From an uncultured virus (IMG/VR IMGVR_UViG_3300025012_000952) (lineage: Duplodnaviria > Heunggongvirae > Uroviricota > Caudoviricetes), in the IMG/VR virus record IMGVR_UViG_3300025012_000952, positions 53,632-73,631 of that record: 20,000 nucleotides of DNA, one strand, 5' to 3'. A model generated the notes under the pieces. That model ran no database searches, was not told the DNA's origin, and saw only the letters and a list, made by a program, of their open reading frames with translations. Made by a program: the position numbers and the translations under genes. Positions 16,553 to 20,000 of this stretch are shown piece by piece. Numbering within the stretch: the first letter of the stretch is position 1; each line of letters begins with the position of its first letter.

Positions 16553-17974
16553 TTAGAATTCCTCGCTTCCAAACCATTTTTCAGAAAAATAAAGTACCAA
16601 TCTTTCTGAAAAATGGTCTTTGATGTACCGATGCGATGGATCCCAAATATCAACTAAAATAACATCTTCTTTGATACCTTCCACTGTACGAAGTCCTCGC
16701 CCGATACTTTGTAAAGTTAAAATTTCACTTTTTCCTCCAGCTGCGTTTATGATTGCTCCCAAGGTAGGAATATCTACTCCTTCTTTCCATACTGCATCAG
16801 CAATTACTACATCTACTTTTTTACTATTCAAATCCTCTTTGATAATTTTACGGGCGGTTCCTGGTATTTTACTCCATACAAATTCAATTTTTAAATGAGG
16901 AAATAATCTACGGGCCATATCAAGAATATTATTACCATGCTGAACAATAGTTACCAATATCAGTACCGTTCTACCCGCTTTCACTAAATTATCAGCTGTT
17001 TGTAAAACTAATTTATGTCTACGACTATTGAAAGTAACGGCAAATTTATATACTTCTTGGTATGATTTTGCTTCTCTAGCGGCTAGTGTTATAGGCAACT
17101 TTTTTAAAATAATTTTTATTTTAGCCAATCTATCTACCTCAGAAATCTTTTTTCTTGATATAACTGGTCCTATGTAACCTTCCAAAGCAAATTTCGCTTC
17201 CTCTATATATGGTAGTGTAGCGGTAAACCCCAGTCTAATGGGGGCATTGATAACTGAAAGTACTCTTGCGTATGTTCCTCCTTTTCCAGTATCGAACGGA
17301 GGAGCAAGGGAACTCAGGTGGTGTGATTCGTCCGTGATTACAATATCTATCGAATTAAACCACTCCTTCTCTATTTCTACAGATTTTACTAGAGATTGCA
17401 CCGTAGCGACAGTTATACGTTTTGGGTTATCTATTCCGGCTCCGATTATTCCCACTTCTCCGGGGAAAAATTCTTTTGCTTTATCAGAAGTTTGAAAAAG
17501 TAAATCTTGAGAGTTTACAATTATTAACGCTCGGGATTTTGGAAATAAGGATAGAAATGATAGGAATATAATTGTCTTCCCACTGCCGGTAGGATACGCG
17601 ATAACCCCCCTAGTATAGTACACAGCATTCTGTACGGCTTCCACTTGTATTTGATCTAAATTGTATCCCCTAGGTAAGGGGGTGTTCTTAATTTTTTCGT
17701 CCGTGATATCGTAATATTCTTTTGGTAGGGAGGGGGGAGGATGTACTATTTCAAGAGGAATATTTCTTGATTTGCAGTATTCTTCTATACGAGTGATAAA
17801 TCCAGTAAGGAACTGACCCTTTTTAACTAACGGCTTAACATATGATTTTTCAATTTTTCTGTATGCAGTTTGTTTGAAATAAACTTGTTTATAACATAAG
17901 AAACTGGCAAGTATTTCAGCATCTTCTTTAGTGGTAACTTTACTAAAAATATTATTGATAATTATTATTTTCAA
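16553..17974 (-). CDS. Superfamily 2 DExH helicase, UvsW-like
   Basis: PTGSGKT, TVQSL, DESHH, GFTAT, EGVDIP, QSIGRGLR. Confidence 0.92.
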   Translation of the reverse strand: MKIIIINNIFSKVTTKEDAEILASFLCYKQVYFKQTAYRKIEKSYVKPLVKKGQFLTGFITRIEEYCKSRNIPLEIVHPPPSLPKEYYDITDEKIKNTPLPRGYNLDQIQVEAVQNAVYYTRGVIAYPTGSGKTIIFLSFLSLFPKSRALIIVNSQDLLFQTSDKAKEFFPGEVGIIGAGIDNPKRITVATVQSLVKSVEIEKEWFNSIDIVITDESHHLSSLAPPFDTGKGGTYARVLSVINAPIRLGFTATLPYIEEAKFALEGYIGPVISRKKISEVDRLAKIKIILKKLPITLAAREAKSYQEVYKFAVTFNSRRHKLVLQTADNLVKAGRTVLILVTIVQHGNNILDMARRLFPHLKIEFVWSKIPGTARKIIKEDLNSKKVDVVIADAVWKEGVDIPTLGAIINAAGGKSEILTLQSIGRGLRTVEGIKEDVILVDIWDPSHRYIKDHFSERLVLYFSEKWFGSEEF

Positions 17975-18660
17975 GTTATATTTTTCCTTCTAGGTATAAA
18001 TTCAGGTAGTGCTTTTTTAATTTCAGTATCAATCGCCAAGGGATCTTTCTGAATTCCTTCTAGAAAATTGTTTATTTTCAAAGCGGCATTTTCAATACTT
18101 TTAACAAGCGAGACTAAAAATTCTTCACGTTCCTTAGTATATGGAACTACGGCGGAATGGGATTCCCTATCAGAAGAAAGTTCTCCACGTATATAATGAT
18201 TATCTTCGTCAAATAGTCTTTCACCAATTTTATAACAAATTTCATAATTTATTCCAAGTGTAGGACTAACATCACAAAATGAAATATTATCTCTACTTAA
18301 AATACAATATCCATCATCTCCTTTTAGGAATACTTTCATAGATACATTTATTAAAATAACTTTTTCCCTAGTAGTAGTTTTAATGAAATCTAGGCATCGT
18401 ATTATTAAATTTCCCCAATTAGTATTGGCTTCTTCTAATGTTTTGGCATAAATTCTGTTATTTCTATCATCGTAAGGAATAGGACGATGGTGTTCTCCCC
18501 ATTGTCTATATACAGATTTAGCGATCTCCTTTAAATGTTCTGGAAATGTTAAATAAAACTCCCCTGATGAATTATTAACACTAGTGGTACGAGTATATTT
18601 GATGTATTTAATTCCATCTATATCGGGAACTTCTTTTATATTTTTGCTAATAATGGGCAT
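17971..18660 (-). CDS. Hypothetical protein, 229 aa
   Basis: Long ORF with start/stop overlaps at both ends. Confidence 0.8.
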   Translation of the reverse strand: MPIISKNIKEVPDIDGIKYIKYTRTTSVNNSSGEFYLTFPEHLKEIAKSVYRQWGEHHRPIPYDDRNNRIYAKTLEEANTNWGNLIIRCLDFIKTTTREKVILINVSMKVFLKGDDGYCILSRDNISFCDVSPTLGINYEICYKIGERLFDEDNHYIRGELSSDRESHSAVVPYTKEREEFLVSLVKSIENAALKINNFLEGIQKDPLAIDTEIKKALPEFIPRRKNIT

Positions 18661-18779
18661 TATTTAAATTCTTTATCGTACATAATACACCATTTTCCAC
18701 TTTCATTAACAAAGTTTACCAATCCATGTCTAAATAAAGAGCAATAGAATATTTTATATATCCATTTAGATATTTTCAT
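18660..18779 (-). CDS. Hypothetical 39-aa protein; not in the ORF track
   Basis: MKISKWIYKIFYCSLFRHGLVNFVNESGKWCIMYDKEFK*; ATGA overlap upstream and TAATG overlap downstream. Confidence 0.55.
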   Translation of the reverse strand: MKISKWIYKIFYCSLFRHGLVNFVNESGKWCIMYDKEFK

Positions 18780-18997
18780 TTGTAGTCCAAAATATTATTT
18801 ACTTTTCGTATCACTAATAATGCAATATCACAAGGTCCATCTCCACAGGGTTCTTCTGAATGAAAACAAGTACTTCTTATTTTTTCTACTTTGGATTTTA
18901 TGTTTTCTTTTCCTTTTTGATATCCCCAATACCATACTAAGTTTAGCAGTAACAATAATAAAATTCCGAAAATTGCTATTTCTATAGAATTATTCAT
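18776..18997 (-). CDS. Small membrane-anchored protein
   Basis: IAIFGILLLLLLNLVWYWGY transmembrane segment. Confidence 0.7.
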   Translation of the reverse strand: MNNSIEIAIFGILLLLLLNLVWYWGYQKGKENIKSKVEKIRSTCFHSEEPCGDGPCDIALLVIRKVNNILDYK

Positions 18998-18998
18998 T

Positions 18999-19466
18999 TT
19001 ACGATCCCACTATTTCGTTAGTTCCTTCCCATACAAATTCATTTACTGGGAGATGTTTTCCACATCCGCAACAGAAAGTACCGCCATAAAATTTGGTGTC
19101 TCTTGCATAGGTTTCAGCAATGGCTTGGCCCATAGTTGTAACCGTATTACAACCCCCATTCAATTGTTCTTTTGTATAAAAACGTCCGGTGACGGGAGAT
19201 TCACTATCTGGATATATTTCAAATGCAACATAATTCCATTGTTTATGACGTTCCTTTTCTTCCTCGGTTAAATCTCGTATGGGGTATTTGGGCGGATTGC
19301 CTACATGTCGATAGCTACGGCGTACTGGCCTAACAAATCCCTTTGCACGTTCCTCTTCAGAAAGAACTATATATCCTTTCTGTTGGCCGGTATTGGGATT
19401 GATTTCTTTATGGTTAGAGGTAACAGGACTTCCATCAGATAGAGTTACTTTTGGTTCATCGTTCAT
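18999..19466 (-). CDS. Phage-type hypothetical protein, putative Zn-binding
   Basis: VLSEEERAKGFVRPVRRSYRH...C..VTTMG.AIAETYARD..FYGGTFCCGC..H.PV.EFVW. Confidence 0.8.
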   Translation of the reverse strand: MNDEPKVTLSDGSPVTSNHKEINPNTGQQKGYIVLSEEERAKGFVRPVRRSYRHVGNPPKYPIRDLTEEEKERHKQWNYVAFEIYPDSESPVTGRFYTKEQLNGGCNTVTTMGQAIAETYARDTKFYGGTFCCGCGKHLPVNEFVWEGTNEIVGS

Positions 19467-19684
19467 GATTTTTTCCTCATTTCAAATTTAAATACTTTAT
19501 TTATAATGCTAAAAGCTACCATATCATTCCCAGTATCATCCATTTCTTCCATAGGGATATTAACGGTTCCTGATAATTTTTCTAATCTTTTCAACATAAC
19601 TATGATAAGTTGGTCTTTAAAATCATCTAATATCTCGGCGTGTTCTGGCGCGTCCCCTCTGGCTAAATCAATCCCTTTTCCCAC
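19463..19684 (-). CDS. Hypothetical protein, 73 aa
   Basis: AAGGAG RBS before GTG; ATGA overlap. Confidence 0.75.
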   Translation of the reverse strand: MGKGIDLARGDAPEHAEILDDFKDQLIIVMLKRLEKLSGTVNIPMEEMDDTGNDMVAFSIINKVFKFEMRKKS

Positions 19685-19695
19685 GGTATTCTCCT

Positions 19696-20000
19696 TTATT
19701 GAATATCTTTTTTGAAGGACTCTTCGTACATTATTTTTGTATCTCTTGCGGCAAATTCAATCCAATTATCAGCTTTTAGAAAGCAGATGGGGCATCTCTC
19801 TGTTCCATCCTCGTTGTCTATTAAAACTTCTAATCCTGCTATTTCCATAGCATTACCTAAAATCATATTATGAGCAGTCATAAGGGGATCAAAGTTTTCT
19901 AATGATGGATTTTCCATTGATTTTATTGTTTTTTCCACAGCTTCCTTACCAGAAGTCGGTACAAGATCATATAGTCCAATTTCTTTGATTTTATCTTTCA
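19696..20000 (-). CDS. Hypothetical protein, 5' end outside the window
   Basis: Frame is open to the window edge (KDKIKEIGLYDLVPTSGKEAVEKT...FDPLMTAH...CPICF), so the GTG at 19938 is probably internal. Confidence 0.7.
   Translation of the reverse strand, partial: KDKIKEIGLYDLVPTSGKEAVEKTIKSMENPSLENFDPLMTAHNMILGNAMEIAGLEVLIDNEDGTERCPICFLKADNWIEFAARDTKIMYEESFKKDIQ

Noticed and set aside
1360..19715. All other plus-strand ORFs, including the Gly/Ala-rich 5720..6010 and 14305..14643
   Set aside because: They are shadows of well-supported minus-strand genes, with no recognisable motifs. The Gly-rich one mirrors Pro codons.
1..20000. Stop-codon reassignment
   Set aside because: Genes tile densely under the standard code, and TAA, TAG and TGA all end genes at coupled junctions.

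Overview
AT-rich window from what looks like a large dsDNA phage or prophage (or similar mobile element). All credible genes are on the minus strand and tightly packed. In transcription order (right to left) it contains: small hypothetical genes around a UvsW-like SF2 helicase; a GC-rich two-gene cassette bounded by a perfect 21-bp direct repeat; a replication module (primase, DnaB-like helicase with a 4-Cys insertion, and an initiator-like protein carrying five palindromes with 7-nt spacers, a probable origin), interrupted by a radical SAM gene and an HhH-glycosylase-like gene; a Rho-N/HeH + Pro-rich linker protein; and a ~102-nt tRNA-like RNA ending in ACCA. It ends with an enzyme cluster: DUF362, an SPL-like radical SAM, a UDP-glucuronate decarboxylase, and a second paralogous radical SAM. 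That last gene runs off the left edge, is missing from the ORF track, and has a 141-aa mini-intein inside its CxxxCxxC motif. The cluster is a candidate uncharacterised DNA or nucleotide-sugar modification system. All family calls come from motif recognition by eye; no searches were run.
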